A DNA stretch of 62,293 nucleotides, filler included. It is 3 parts of 3 records of this genome, joined end to end, with 100 filler letters (N's around TTAATTAATTAA, not from the genome) between each part and the next. Parts side by side here need not be neighbours in the genome. Positions count along the whole stretch, not along the records: positions 36,959 to 62,293 come from DRR378314_1413; 2 more parts are not named here. One strand, 5' to 3'. Numbering within the stretch: the first letter of the stretch is position 1; the number at the start of each line of letters is the position of its first letter. The notes below the pieces were generated by a model. That model saw only the letters and a program-made list of their open reading frames with translations. It did not search any database and had not been told where the DNA came from. Below, piece by piece: positions 53,013-62,293 of this stretch. The position numbers were made by a program, and so were the translations under genes.

Positions 53013-53906
53013 TCAAGAAATGCGTTTGGGCTTTTTACTGGCCAAATAGACTCCTGCCAATACAAAAAGCATAGCTACAATTTTAACCAAAGTAAGTTCA
53101 TCTTTACCCGAAAAAAGTGCGAAAAGAATGCCTACAAGGGGCTGCATATATACAAAAGCCCCTACGGATGAAGCCTTGAGCTGCGTGAGTGCAAAAATGT
53201 TGAACAAATAGGTCAAAAAGGTGGTTCCGATCACCACAAAGGCAATTGCGCCAAAGGCCCAAATGGGCATGGCGGACCATTGTATTTCCAAAGCTTCGGG
53301 CAGTGTAAGCGGCAGATTTATTATTATGCCGATAGTAAACAACCATTTCATCAAAGTGAAGGGGTGATATTTTTCAATCAGCTTTTTTACAACAACAAGG
53401 TAAGCACCATAGGAAGTCGCATTTATAATAAATAAAAAGTTTCCTAAAGGTATATTGGGCGCATTTTGCCGGGTTTCCGCCCCAAAAAGAATGAGTCCTA
53501 TCGCTCCCACAAAGCCCAAGAAAATGCCCAGCCCTTTGTTCACGGTAATTCTCTCTTTTAAAAACAGTGCTGAAACAACCACTACAATAATAGGAGTGAT
53601 TGTTACCAAAACCGCACTGTTGATAGGAGTTGATAGTTGTAGCCCCTTAAAAAAGGAAAGCATATTTATGGACATGCCCAAAAGGGCACAAACCAACATT
53701 CTGCCCCAGTCCCGCTTTTCGATTTTTTCCTTGGGGCCAGAAAAGGAAATCAACCAAAAAAGGAATGCAGCCCCCCCCACTCTTAAAAATATAAACCCAA
53801 AGGGTTTAACGTGCACGGGCATAACCCCTTTGGCCACGGTGTGGTTTATCCCGTATATAACGGTAGCACCTATGGCGGCCAGAATGGCCAAGGTTCTTTT
53901 GCTCAT
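53013..53906 (-). CDS. EamA/DMT family transporter
   Basis: About 10 TM helices in two EamA repeats; LKERI, YMQP. Confidence 0.9.
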   Translation of the reverse strand: MSKRTLAILAAIGATVIYGINHTVAKGVMPVHVKPFGFIFLRVGGAAFLFWLISFSGPKEKIEKRDWGRMLVCALLGMSINMLSFFKGLQLSTPINSAVLVTITPIIVVVVSALFLKERITVNKGLGIFLGFVGAIGLILFGAETRQNAPNIPLGNFLFIINATSYGAYLVVVKKLIEKYHPFTLMKWLFTIGIIINLPLTLPEALEIQWSAMPIWAFGAIAFVVIGTTFLTYLFNIFALTQLKASSVGAFVYMQPLVGILFALFSGKDELTLVKIVAMLFVLAGVYLASKKPKRIS

Positions 53907-54256
53907 GAATGCAGGGCTTCCTTGGTGGCTTCCACAGTTTTTTTGGAATTGCCCACAAAAATTTGGTCATCCACTAGGGTTACGGGTCTTTTTAAAAAGG
54001 TATAGTGCTCTAAGATCAAGTCTTTGTAATCGCTTTCGGAAAGTTCTTTTTCATGCAGTCCCCTTTGGCGGAAAAGCATGGCTCTTCTACTAAAAAGTGA
54101 TTCGTAACTTCCGCTGAGCGCCGCCATTTGTTCCAATTGTTCGGGGGTAATGGCTTCGGCTTTTATTTCTTGAAGTTCCACATCATCCAAAGGTTCCAAT
54201 TCTTTAAGGATACGTTTGCAGGTGGAACAACTGCCCAAATGGTATATTTTCTTCAT
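53903..54256 (-). CDS. ArsC/Spx family protein
   Basis: CSTC, FLKRPV. Confidence 0.88.
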   Translation of the reverse strand: MKKIYHLGSCSTCKRILKELEPLDDVELQEIKAEAITPEQLEQMAALSGSYESLFSRRAMLFRQRGLHEKELSESDYKDLILEHYTFLKRPVTLVDDQIFVGNSKKTVEATKEALHS

Positions 54257-54430
54257 GCGTATGGTGTTGGATGGACAAAGGAAGTTAAAAATCCATCAAA
54301 ACACATTATGAAGCTGTAAAATCAACAGCTTTTAAGAGTAGTGTTTGTTTTTTGATGATGAATTAATCAGGCTCGAAGAACACTTTTTCCAGATTTTAGG
54401 GCTAGTTTTAGGTGAACCAATTGCTGTGCT

Positions 54431-54895
54431 ATGGAAAAAACATTTGACATTCTTCTAAAAAACAGAAAAATACTCTACAATTTTTTACGAAATACCCCAA
54501 AGGAAGATTTGTTTCGAATTCCTGAGGGTTTTAACAATAACATTTGGTGGAATATTGCCCACGTGGTGGTTACGCCACAATTGTTGATGTATAAATTGAG
54601 CGGTTTGGATTTTACCATTGAAGAAGAGTTGGTCAACAAGTACAAAAAAGGCACTTTTCCCAATGGGGAGCCCTCCGAAATGGAAATGGAGAAAATCTCG
54701 GCCTATCTTTTCAGTACCGTAAAACACATTCAATTGGATTACGAACATGGGAAATTCCAGAATTTTCAAGAGTACATGACCACTCCAAAAATTGGTTTGA
54801 GCAGTCCAGAGGATGCTTTGTCCTTTAATGTTTTTCATGAGGGACTCCATTTGGGTGCCATCTTGGCCATTAAGAGGGCATTGGCAAAAGCCTAG
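54431..54895 (+). CDS. DinB family protein
   Basis: NNNIWWNIAH, HEGLHLG. Confidence 0.88.
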   Translation: MEKTFDILLKNRKILYNFLRNTPKEDLFRIPEGFNNNIWWNIAHVVVTPQLLMYKLSGLDFTIEEELVNKYKKGTFPNGEPSEMEMEKISAYLFSTVKHIQLDYEHGKFQNFQEYMTTPKIGLSSPEDALSFNVFHEGLHLGAILAIKRALAKA

Positions 54896-55013
54896 GAGTT
54901 TCTACATCTCAAAAACTACTGGTTTTTTGATGCTTGATTTTTATGAGAACCTAACTCAATGAAAATCAGTTATATTTGTTTGCCAGAATTTAAGAACCCA
55001 AATCTTAGTCAAA

Positions 55014-55568
55014 ATGAAACACTGCCATTTATGCTGTGGGGTCCTGTTGGCACTCCTTATCGTTCCTTTTCAAAATGCATTGTCGCAACGCGGAAACCTT
55101 TCTTTGGGTTTGGTGCCCACTTATAAAACCGATGGTTACGGGATACAGATCAATGCAAACCATTACCATAGCACTACTGATTTTATGCAAGTATCCTTGG
55201 TTGCGACTTTTTCTACAGAAAAACCAAATTCGGGCGTGGAGTTTCCGTACGAGGATTATTTGTTCGGTCTGGGGTACTTTACCACTATTTTAAGTTCTCC
55301 CAAACGGGGTCTCTTCTTTTATTTTGGTGGAGGGCCTTCTGTAGGGTACAAATACATTAATGATGGTAAGACTGATTTTCCCTTTGACGCCCCTAGTGAT
55401 GCGGAGAGCAGTTTTATTTATGGAGGTTATGCCTCTTTTGAGATGGACTTTTATATTTCCGACCGTTTTTCCTTGATTGTCCCCATTAACGGGTACTACC
55501 ACTTTAATAGTGCCCTCAACGACTCCACGCTATTATTGGCAGCCGGGCTTCGCTACTACTTTAAATAG
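55014..55568 (+). CDS. TraO-like outer-membrane beta-barrel protein
   Basis: Signal peptide; GY..IN.G, FIYGG...E.DFY.SDR, C-terminal GLRYYF resemble Bacteroidota conjugative-transposon TraO. Confidence 0.6.
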   Translation: MKHCHLCCGVLLALLIVPFQNALSQRGNLSLGLVPTYKTDGYGIQINANHYHSTTDFMQVSLVATFSTEKPNSGVEFPYEDYLFGLGYFTTILSSPKRGLFFYFGGGPSVGYKYINDGKTDFPFDAPSDAESSFIYGGYASFEMDFYISDRFSLIVPINGYYHFNSALNDSTLLLAAGLRYYFK

Positions 55569-55577
55569 ATGGAAACC

Positions 55578-56318
55578 CTAATTTTTTACTTTTCGTTTTA
55601 GGTACGGATTGATTTCGCTGTAGGGTAAAATCAACTCAATGGGCCCATCGGCGTAGGAGGCTACTTCGTATTGATTGTAAATCAACTTTAACCCATCTTT
55701 GGTGTACCCTATATTGTCAGCTAAGTGGAACATATCATCCTCGAACATAAAACCCGTAGCATTGATGTTGCCACCCCGAGGTATATTCTCCTGTTCACGA
55801 AACTTGGTCTCGGTATAGCCCGCAAATCCTTCCAAATCATCAAAAAGCTCCCAGTTTTCCAGTTCAGCGCCGCTTTTTTTATCAAAATTTAGATAGGAAG
55901 TAGAAGCATATCCGTGGGCGCCGCCTGTAAATGAGTATGAATTCAGCATCAACGTGATGATGTTTTCGTCTTCATAAATCGCTTCGCCGTCTATGGTAGC
56001 TTCCCATTGCACTTCATCGGGAAATTTGGTTTTTAGCTCTTTGTAGCTATCGGTAAATGATTTGATCGCTTTGTCCGCACTATCAATGGTTTCGTCTTCG
56101 GTAAAAGATAAAACACTGATGATTTCCTCTCGCAATGCCCTATTAATGGCTTCTGAAACTTTGGAATCGTCCAACGCATGGGGAATATTGATTTCGATTT
56201 TGGGGCAACTGTTGCAGTTTTCACCCAACAACTGGGTTGGTTCAAAAGTAAGTTTACTCTCTGTTTGGCAACCTATCAAGAAGATCAAAAACAAAATGGG
56301 GCCAAGGTATTTTTTCAT
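55578..56318 (-). CDS. DUF4163/DUF3298 (PdaC/RsiV-like) lipoprotein
   Basis: Lipobox LIGC; YSFTGGAHG; YNQYEVASYADG. Confidence 0.88.
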   Translation of the reverse strand: MKKYLGPILFLIFLIGCQTESKLTFEPTQLLGENCNSCPKIEINIPHALDDSKVSEAINRALREEIISVLSFTEDETIDSADKAIKSFTDSYKELKTKFPDEVQWEATIDGEAIYEDENIITLMLNSYSFTGGAHGYASTSYLNFDKKSGAELENWELFDDLEGFAGYTETKFREQENIPRGGNINATGFMFEDDMFHLADNIGYTKDGLKLIYNQYEVASYADGPIELILPYSEINPYLKRKVKN

Positions 56319-56366
56319 AGATCGAGGTTTTGGGTCATCAAAAATAATACTTCGGAAAGATAACGA

Positions 56367-56374
56367 TACATTTG
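56367..56374 (+). promoter_or_regulatory. -7 box upstream of the cystathionine gamma-synthase gene
   Basis: TACATTTG ends 18 nt before ATG 56393. Confidence 0.5.
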
Positions 56375-56392
56375 TATGAAGATAGTTTCAAC

Positions 56393-57547
56393 ATGGGCAA
56401 AAAAGAGTTAAAATTCAACAGTAAAGCGATTCACGGAGGACAGCAACCCGATGTTGCATACGGAGCGGTAATGCCCCCGATTTATCAAACTTCCACCTAT
56501 GCACAGCCCAGTCCTGGAAAACATAAGGGGTATGAATATTCCAGAGGCGCGAACCCTACGAGAGCTGCTCTGGAGCGTGCGGTGGCCAGTTTGGAAAACG
56601 CTGACTTTGGGATGGCTTTTGGCAGCGGAATGGCCGCTATTGATGCCGTGATGAAGTTATTGGGGCCAAACGACGAGGTAATCTGTACAAGGGATTTGTA
56701 CGGGGGCAGCTACCGACTTTTTAAAGGCGTTTTTGAAAAATTTGGTATCAAGTTTCGGTTTTCTGAGATGGTGGACATGGAAGAATTGGCTTCACAAATT
56801 AATAAGAACACCAAATTGGTTTGGTTGGAAACGCCCACAAACCCCATGATGAACATTGTGGATATTGAAGCGGTATCAAAAATTACGAAAGAGCATGGGT
56901 TGTTGTTGGCGGTGGACAACACTTTTGCAACACCGTACCTGCAGCAACCATTGGATCTGGGCGCCGATATTGTGATGCATTCCGCTACCAAATATTTGGG
57001 AGGACATAGCGATGTAATAGTGGGCGCCTTGGCGGTAAGAGATGAACAATTGGCCGAGCAACTGTATTTTATCCAAAAATCCAGTGGAGGCATCTGTGGG
57101 CCCATGGACAGCTTTTTGACCCTACGTGGCATAAAAACGCTTCACGTGCGTATGCAAAGACATTGCGAAAATGCGGAATTGATTGCCAAATATTTGGAGA
57201 ATCATCCTAAAATTGATACTGTATACTGGCCGGGCTTTGAATATCGCCCCGACCACGAGGTGGCCAAAAAACAAATGAGGGGATTTGGAGGCATGATTTC
57301 CTTTGTGCCAAAAGGCGGAAGCTACGCTGACGCTATAAAAATTGTTGAGAACCTTAAACTTTTTACCCTGGCCGAATCGTTAGGAGGTGTCGAAAGCTTG
57401 GCGGGCCACCCAGCAAGTATGTCGCATGGAAGTATTCCAAAGGAGGAACGCCAAAAAAACGGCCTTGTCGACGGGCTGATCAGATTAAGTGTCGGCATAG
57501 AGGACGCAGACGATTTAATTGCAGATTTGGATCAGGCCCTCAACTGA
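56393..57547 (+). CDS. metB: cystathionine gamma-synthase/lyase (PLP)
   Basis: PIYQTST, YSR..NPTR, DNTFATP, HSATKYLGGHSD, AESLGG. Confidence 0.88.
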   Translation: MGKKELKFNSKAIHGGQQPDVAYGAVMPPIYQTSTYAQPSPGKHKGYEYSRGANPTRAALERAVASLENADFGMAFGSGMAAIDAVMKLLGPNDEVICTRDLYGGSYRLFKGVFEKFGIKFRFSEMVDMEELASQINKNTKLVWLETPTNPMMNIVDIEAVSKITKEHGLLLAVDNTFATPYLQQPLDLGADIVMHSATKYLGGHSDVIVGALAVRDEQLAEQLYFIQKSSGGICGPMDSFLTLRGIKTLHVRMQRHCENAELIAKYLENHPKIDTVYWPGFEYRPDHEVAKKQMRGFGGMISFVPKGGSYADAIKIVENLKLFTLAESLGGVESLAGHPASMSHGSIPKEERQKNGLVDGLIRLSVGIEDADDLIADLDQALN

Positions 57548-57674
57548 CATTATTTGAAAAATTTATAAAAAATAAATATTCAAATTATTGAAATAGTATA
57601 ATTTTGCCCTCAAATTCATAATTCAATAAAAAATACTTTTCGTTAGCGAAAAGACAATTAATTTTAACCCATAT

Positions 57675-59015
57675 ATGGAAGAAAAAATAAAAGTGTTTAT
57701 GGATGAGGTGATTTCCAGAAATGGACATGAACCCGAATTCATACAAGCAGTACAAGAGGTAGCGGAAACCGTGATACCTTACATAGCCCAAAATGATATT
57801 TACTATGGGAAAAATATTCTTTTGCGTATGGTGGAACCAGAGCGATTGATTTCGTTTCGTGTGGCATGGATAGATGATGATGGCGAAATCCATGTGAACC
57901 GTGGCTATAGGGTTCAAATGAACTCTGCCATTGGACCTTACAAAGGAGGACTTCGTTTTCACCCTACCGTAAATGCCAGTGTACTAAAATTCTTGGCTTT
58001 TGAACAAGTATTCAAGAATAGTTTGACCACTCTGCCCATGGGTGGAGGAAAAGGAGGATCGGATTTTGATCCAAAAGGTAAATCCGATGACGAGATCATG
58101 CGTTTTTGCCACGCTTTTATGACAGAGCTGTGCCGACATATCGGTCCAAACACCGATATTCCTGCAGGTGATATTGGCGTAGGTGCCCGAGAAATTGGAT
58201 TCCTTTTCGGAATGTACAAGAAAATCCGCAACGAGTTTACAGGGGTATTGACCGGTAAAGGGTTGTCTTGGGGAGGATCATTGATCCGTCCCGAAGCAAC
58301 AGGTTATGGTACGGTGTATTTTGCCGATAGCATGTTAAAGACCAAGAACGAAACTTTTGAAGGGAAAAAAGTAGTGATTTCAGGTTCCGGTAACGTGGCG
58401 CAATATGCTGCAGAAAAAGTATTGCACCTTGGAGGCACCGTTTTGACACTTTCCGATTCGGGAGGATTTATCTATGATAAAGACGGTATTGATGAAGGCA
58501 AACTCGCCTTTGTAATGGAGTTGAAGAACAACAAACGAGGAAGAATTTCCGAGTATGTGGATAAATATCCATCGGCAGAGTTCCACAAGGGAGAAACACC
58601 ATGGAAAATTGCTTGCGATATAGCATTACCATGTGCTACACAAAACGAACTGGATGGCGATGCGGCCCAAACCTTGATAAAAAACGGATGTATTGCCGTG
58701 GCGGAAGGAGCCAATATGCCCTCAACCCCGGAGGCAATCCACGCCTTCCACGATGCAAAGATTTTGTTTGCTCCAGGGAAAGCCTCCAATGCAGGCGGTG
58801 TGGCCACTTCAGGATTGGAGATGAGCCAGAACTCATTGCGCATTAGCTGGACCAGGGAAGAAGTGGACAAACGTTTGAAAGGAATCATGTCCGATATCCA
58901 CGATTCTTGTGTGGAATATGGAGAGGAAGACGGGTATTGCAATTACGTAAAAGGAGCCAATATTGCCGGCTTTGTCAAGGTAGCAGATGCTATGTTGGCC
59001 CAAGGGGTGATATAA
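57675..59015 (+). CDS. gdhA: NADP-specific glutamate dehydrogenase
   Basis: GPYKGGLRFH, GGGKGG, RPEATGYG, GSGNVA, EGANMP. Confidence 0.97.
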   Translation: MEEKIKVFMDEVISRNGHEPEFIQAVQEVAETVIPYIAQNDIYYGKNILLRMVEPERLISFRVAWIDDDGEIHVNRGYRVQMNSAIGPYKGGLRFHPTVNASVLKFLAFEQVFKNSLTTLPMGGGKGGSDFDPKGKSDDEIMRFCHAFMTELCRHIGPNTDIPAGDIGVGAREIGFLFGMYKKIRNEFTGVLTGKGLSWGGSLIRPEATGYGTVYFADSMLKTKNETFEGKKVVISGSGNVAQYAAEKVLHLGGTVLTLSDSGGFIYDKDGIDEGKLAFVMELKNNKRGRISEYVDKYPSAEFHKGETPWKIACDIALPCATQNELDGDAAQTLIKNGCIAVAEGANMPSTPEAIHAFHDAKILFAPGKASNAGGVATSGLEMSQNSLRISWTREEVDKRLKGIMSDIHDSCVEYGEEDGYCNYVKGANIAGFVKVADAMLAQGVI

Positions 59016-59044
59016 TATAAACCATCGTTGTATGGTTTTTGGTT

Positions 59045-59098
59045 AGCAGTTACCAAGAGTAGTGATTACATTTACACTTTTGGTAACTGCTTTTTTTT
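59045..59098 (+). terminator. terminator-like hairpin between gdhA and recO
   Basis: AGCAGTTACCAAGAGT...ACTTTTGGTAACTGCT followed by a T-run. Confidence 0.65.
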
Positions 59099-59103
59099 AG
59101 CCT

Positions 59104-59823
59104 ATGCAAATCACAACTAAGGCCATAGTGCTCTCTTCCATAAAATATGGGGATACAAGTCTTATTGTTAAGGCCTTTACCCAATCCGATGGAATAAAAT
59201 CGTATTTGCTCAAAGGGGTTCTATCTTCCAAAAAAGCAAAAGTGAGACCTGCTTATTTTCTTCCGCTCATGCAGTTGGAGATTGTGGCGAACCATAAAAA
59301 CAAAGGCACTTTGGAAAGCATTGGGGATGTTAAGGTGTCCGTTCCCTACCAAAGTATGCATACTGATGTTCTAAAAAACAGCGTGGTCCTTTTTTTGGCT
59401 GAAATATTGGGCAGCAGCATTCAAGAACAAGAACGGGATGAAGGTCTTTTTAATTATCTGGAATATGCCTTTCAATGGATGGACACACATAAACTGTCTC
59501 CAAACTTTCACATTCTATTCTTGCTGAATCTCACCAAATACTTAGGCTTCTATCCAGATACTTCCCACCAAAACTTACCGTTTTTCGACCTTTTGGAAGG
59601 CAGCTTCTACAAAACACCATCGCTCAACCCCTTGATTCAGGATGAAAATCTGGAAAATTTCAAGAAGTTTTTAGGCACGAATTTTGAGGCGTTACAAGGT
59701 ATACAACTAACTAAGTCGAACAGGCGAGAACTCTTAAAAACGGTAATCCAGTATTTCCGCTTGCATGTGCATGGATTTCGGGAACCGAAGTCCCTCGCTG
59801 TTTTAAATGCAGTATTTACCTAA
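59104..59823 (+). CDS. recO: DNA repair protein RecO
   Basis: TKAIVL..IKYGDTSLIV, LTKYLGFYP, FDLLEG.F, KSLAVL. Confidence 0.92.
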   Translation: MQITTKAIVLSSIKYGDTSLIVKAFTQSDGIKSYLLKGVLSSKKAKVRPAYFLPLMQLEIVANHKNKGTLESIGDVKVSVPYQSMHTDVLKNSVVLFLAEILGSSIQEQERDEGLFNYLEYAFQWMDTHKLSPNFHILFLLNLTKYLGFYPDTSHQNLPFFDLLEGSFYKTPSLNPLIQDENLENFKKFLGTNFEALQGIQLTKSNRRELLKTVIQYFRLHVHGFREPKSLAVLNAVFT

Positions 59824-59825
59824 AA

Positions 59826-62246
59826 ATGCAAAACTTAAAATCAACCTTACCTTTAATTCTTTTATTTTTCTCCGCAACCTTTTACGCGCAAGAAATAACA
59901 GTTTTGGATGTTGATACTGGAATACCAGTGGACAACGCCGCCATTTTTAATAAAGACCAATCCAAGAGTACGATCACAGATGCCAATGGAAAATGTGAGT
60001 TGGATATTTTTTCTTCTGATGATAAAATAACCTTTAAACATATTAGTTACCAAACCTATACTGCCACAAAAAAGGAAATAGAACGTCGTGGGAACCGCGT
60101 TTATCTTTATCAAAAGACAGAAGAACTTCAAGAAGTGGTAATGTCCGTTTCCAAATGGGAACAGCAGAAGAAGAACGTTCCCCAAAAAATAGAAACATTG
60201 GATGCCCGCAGTATTGCTTTCAACGCTCCTCAGACCTCGGCGGACCTTTTGCAGAACAGCGGCAAAATATTTGTTCAAAAAAGTCAATTGGTAGGAGGAA
60301 GCCCTATGATCAGGGGGTTTGCCACCAATAGGATTTTGTTGGCCGTGGATGGCGTGCGCATGAACAATGCCATATTTCGAGGGGGAAATCTTCAGAATGT
60401 GATATCCATCGACCCATTTACTATCAATAAAACAGAAGTGACCTTTGGTCCCGGTTCGGTCATCTACGGAAGTGATGCCATTGGAGGTGTTATGAATTTT
60501 TACACGCAAAAACCACGATTTTCATTTGCCGATAGCCTAGCTTTTTCAGGTAACTTTAATTACCGATACTCTTCCGCAAATAACGAGAACACCACACATT
60601 TGGATTTTAATTTTGGAAAGCAAAAATGGGCGTCTTATACCAGCTTCACCTATAATAATTTTGATGATTTAAAGATGGGCGAGCACGGACCCGAATCCTA
60701 TTTACGTTCCAATTATGTGATTAGGGAGAACGGAACCGATGTTCTGGTGGAGAATGATGATCCCAAAAAACAAGTGAGTACAGGATATGATCAAATCAAT
60801 TTCCTTCAAAAGTTTACCTATAAACCCAACAGCACTTGGAACTACGATTTGGGACTATACTATTCTGAAACCTCCGATTATCCAAGGTACGATAGGTTGA
60901 TAAGGCCCAATAGGGATGGTGATGCCCTCCGTTCCGCAGAATGGTATTATGGTCCGCAAAAATGGTTCATGGGAAATTTTCAAATTACCCAAAAAGGAAA
61001 GAACAACTTTTATGATGGCGTAAAATTGACCGCGGCCTATCAATTTTTTGAGGAAAGTAGAAACGATAGAGGTTTTCAAGACCCAGAGTTGTATTCAACC
61101 AAGGAACAAGTAGATGCGTTATCCGTCAACTTGGATTTTGAGAATAAAAAAATAGGAAACTTGCATTTGTATTATGGTACCGAGTATGTTTTCAACAAGG
61201 TCAATTCCAAAGGAAGCGTACGAAACATTGAAACCAATGAAGTAGCGGGAACAGCTTCTAGGTATCCCGATGGTGCAACTTGGCAAACCTTGGCAGGGTA
61301 CATCAATGGAGAGTATCAATTAAAGCCAAACCTTGCCGTATTATCGGGAATGCGGTATAGTCAAGTTTGGGTGGACGCTACCTTCGATACCACCTACTAT
61401 CCCTTTCCTTTTGATGAAGCCGATATTGTCACTGGGGCGTTTACGGGAAGTTTGGGGCTAAGTTGGTTCCCAAGGTCGGATTTGCAGGTTACTTTAAACG
61501 GTTCCACTGGATTTAGAGCCCCCAACATTGATGACATTGGAAAGGTATTTGATTCCGAACCGGGCTCCGTAGTAGTGCCCAATCCCGATTTGGAACCCGA
61601 ATATGCCTATAACGGGGAGCTGGGCCTCAGGAAAAACTTTAATGATATTGTAGTTCTAAAAGGCGCTACCTATTATACTTATTTGGTAGATGCTCTTGTG
61701 CGAAGGGATTTCACCTTCGGAGGGCAAACCGAAATTGAATACAATGGAGAACCCAGCAATGTACAAGCCATTCAAAATGCGGCAAAGGCCTATGTGTACG
61801 GTTTTGAGTTTGGACTGGAAGCCTATTTTAACGAGCACTTGTCTCTAAATTCCAACTTGACTCTAACGAAAGGAGTGGAAGAAGATGATGACGGTACCGA
61901 TAGCCCATCTCGCCACGCCGCACCGACCTTTGGTGACGTGCATTTGATTTGGGAGAATCAAAAACTGAAAGCAGATGTATTTGTCAACTATAACGGTGAA
62001 GTAAGTAATGATGATTTGGCGCTTTCGGAGCAAAGTAAGGCCTTTATGTATGCCAGTGATGCAAATGGAAACCCTTATTCACCATCTTGGTATACTTTAA
62101 ATTTTAGGTCGCAATATCAAATCACAAATGCTTTAAAAGCATCTTTGAGTTTGGAAAATATGACGAACCAACGGTATCGAATGTATTCTTCGGGTATTGT
62201 TGCCCCTGGAACCAATTTGGTTTTGGGCTTGGGATATGTATTTTAA
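59826..62246 (+). CDS. TonB-dependent outer membrane receptor
   Basis: Plug motifs SPMIRG, VDGVRMN, GPGSVIYGSDAIGG; GFRAPN, LEPE; C-terminal Phe. Confidence 0.93.
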   Translation: MQNLKSTLPLILLFFSATFYAQEITVLDVDTGIPVDNAAIFNKDQSKSTITDANGKCELDIFSSDDKITFKHISYQTYTATKKEIERRGNRVYLYQKTEELQEVVMSVSKWEQQKKNVPQKIETLDARSIAFNAPQTSADLLQNSGKIFVQKSQLVGGSPMIRGFATNRILLAVDGVRMNNAIFRGGNLQNVISIDPFTINKTEVTFGPGSVIYGSDAIGGVMNFYTQKPRFSFADSLAFSGNFNYRYSSANNENTTHLDFNFGKQKWASYTSFTYNNFDDLKMGEHGPESYLRSNYVIRENGTDVLVENDDPKKQVSTGYDQINFLQKFTYKPNSTWNYDLGLYYSETSDYPRYDRLIRPNRDGDALRSAEWYYGPQKWFMGNFQITQKGKNNFYDGVKLTAAYQFFEESRNDRGFQDPELYSTKEQVDALSVNLDFENKKIGNLHLYYGTEYVFNKVNSKGSVRNIETNEVAGTASRYPDGATWQTLAGYINGEYQLKPNLAVLSGMRYSQVWVDATFDTTYYPFPFDEADIVTGAFTGSLGLSWFPRSDLQVTLNGSTGFRAPNIDDIGKVFDSEPGSVVVPNPDLEPEYAYNGELGLRKNFNDIVVLKGATYYTYLVDALVRRDFTFGGQTEIEYNGEPSNVQAIQNAAKAYVYGFEFGLEAYFNEHLSLNSNLTLTKGVEEDDDGTDSPSRHAAPTFGDVHLIWENQKLKADVFVNYNGEVSNDDLALSEQSKAFMYASDANGNPYSPSWYTLNFRSQYQITNALKASLSLENMTNQRYRMYSSGIVAPGTNLVLGLGYVF

Positions 62247-62253
62247 AGACAAA

Positions 62254-62293
62254 GAGGGTGTCCAAAAAGTCTTCATAACTTGATTTGTCAGGT
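62254..62293. repeat. REP/MITE-like repeat at the end of contig C, inverted copy of 36986-37025
   Basis: GAGGGTGTCCAAAAAGTCTTCATAACTTGATTTGTCAGGT; 36/40 identity to the reverse complement of 36986-37025. Confidence 0.75.

Noticed and set aside
58472-58942. Long antisense and alternate-frame ORFs (also 553-990, 44885-45466, 50691-51320, 53455-54093, 59862-60509)
   Set aside because: They are shadows of well-supported genes and show no recognisable motifs.
37026-62253. 25-kb composite transposon defined by the terminal inverted repeats
   Set aside because: There is no transposase and the cargo is housekeeping (gpsA, gdhA, recO); contig breakage at a multicopy repeat is the simpler explanation.

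Overview
This window is not one locus. It is three contigs joined by identical 100-bp artificial spacers (44 N + TTAATTAATTAA + 44 N) at 18390-18489 and 36859-36958. Contig A (1-18389) is Flavobacteriaceae-like. It carries a partial tRNA-Met(CAT), two small membrane ORFs, and a cNMP/CBS/DUF294 nucleotidyltransferase plus DEDDh exonuclease pair that converges on a DUF4212-actP-like-acs acetate operon. It continues with purC, phoH, DUF62-ABM-gldF-gldG-dnaN and mnmE, then an accessory rpsU-paralog / NYN-LOTUS RNase / RpoD-paralog cassette. Contig B (18490-36858) is gammaproteobacterial (Pseudoalteromonas-like) core genome: leuS-lptE-holA-nadD-rsfS-rlmH-mrdA-rodA-rlpA-dacA-ybeD-lipB-lipA plus flanking genes. 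Contig C (36959-62293) is again Flavobacteriaceae-like and holds metabolic and envelope genes (glpD/gpsA, AraC-PhyH, SulP, META lipoproteins, SMI1/KNR4, an orphan TraO-like protein, metB, gdhA, recO, a TonB-dependent receptor). It is bounded by inverted copies of one REP/MITE-like repeat. The best candidates for an undescribed system are the bS21-2/NYN/sigma cassette downstream of mnmE and the DUF294 NTase/exonuclease 'writer/eraser' pair beside the acetate operon. All calls come from motif recognition by eye; no database searches were run.
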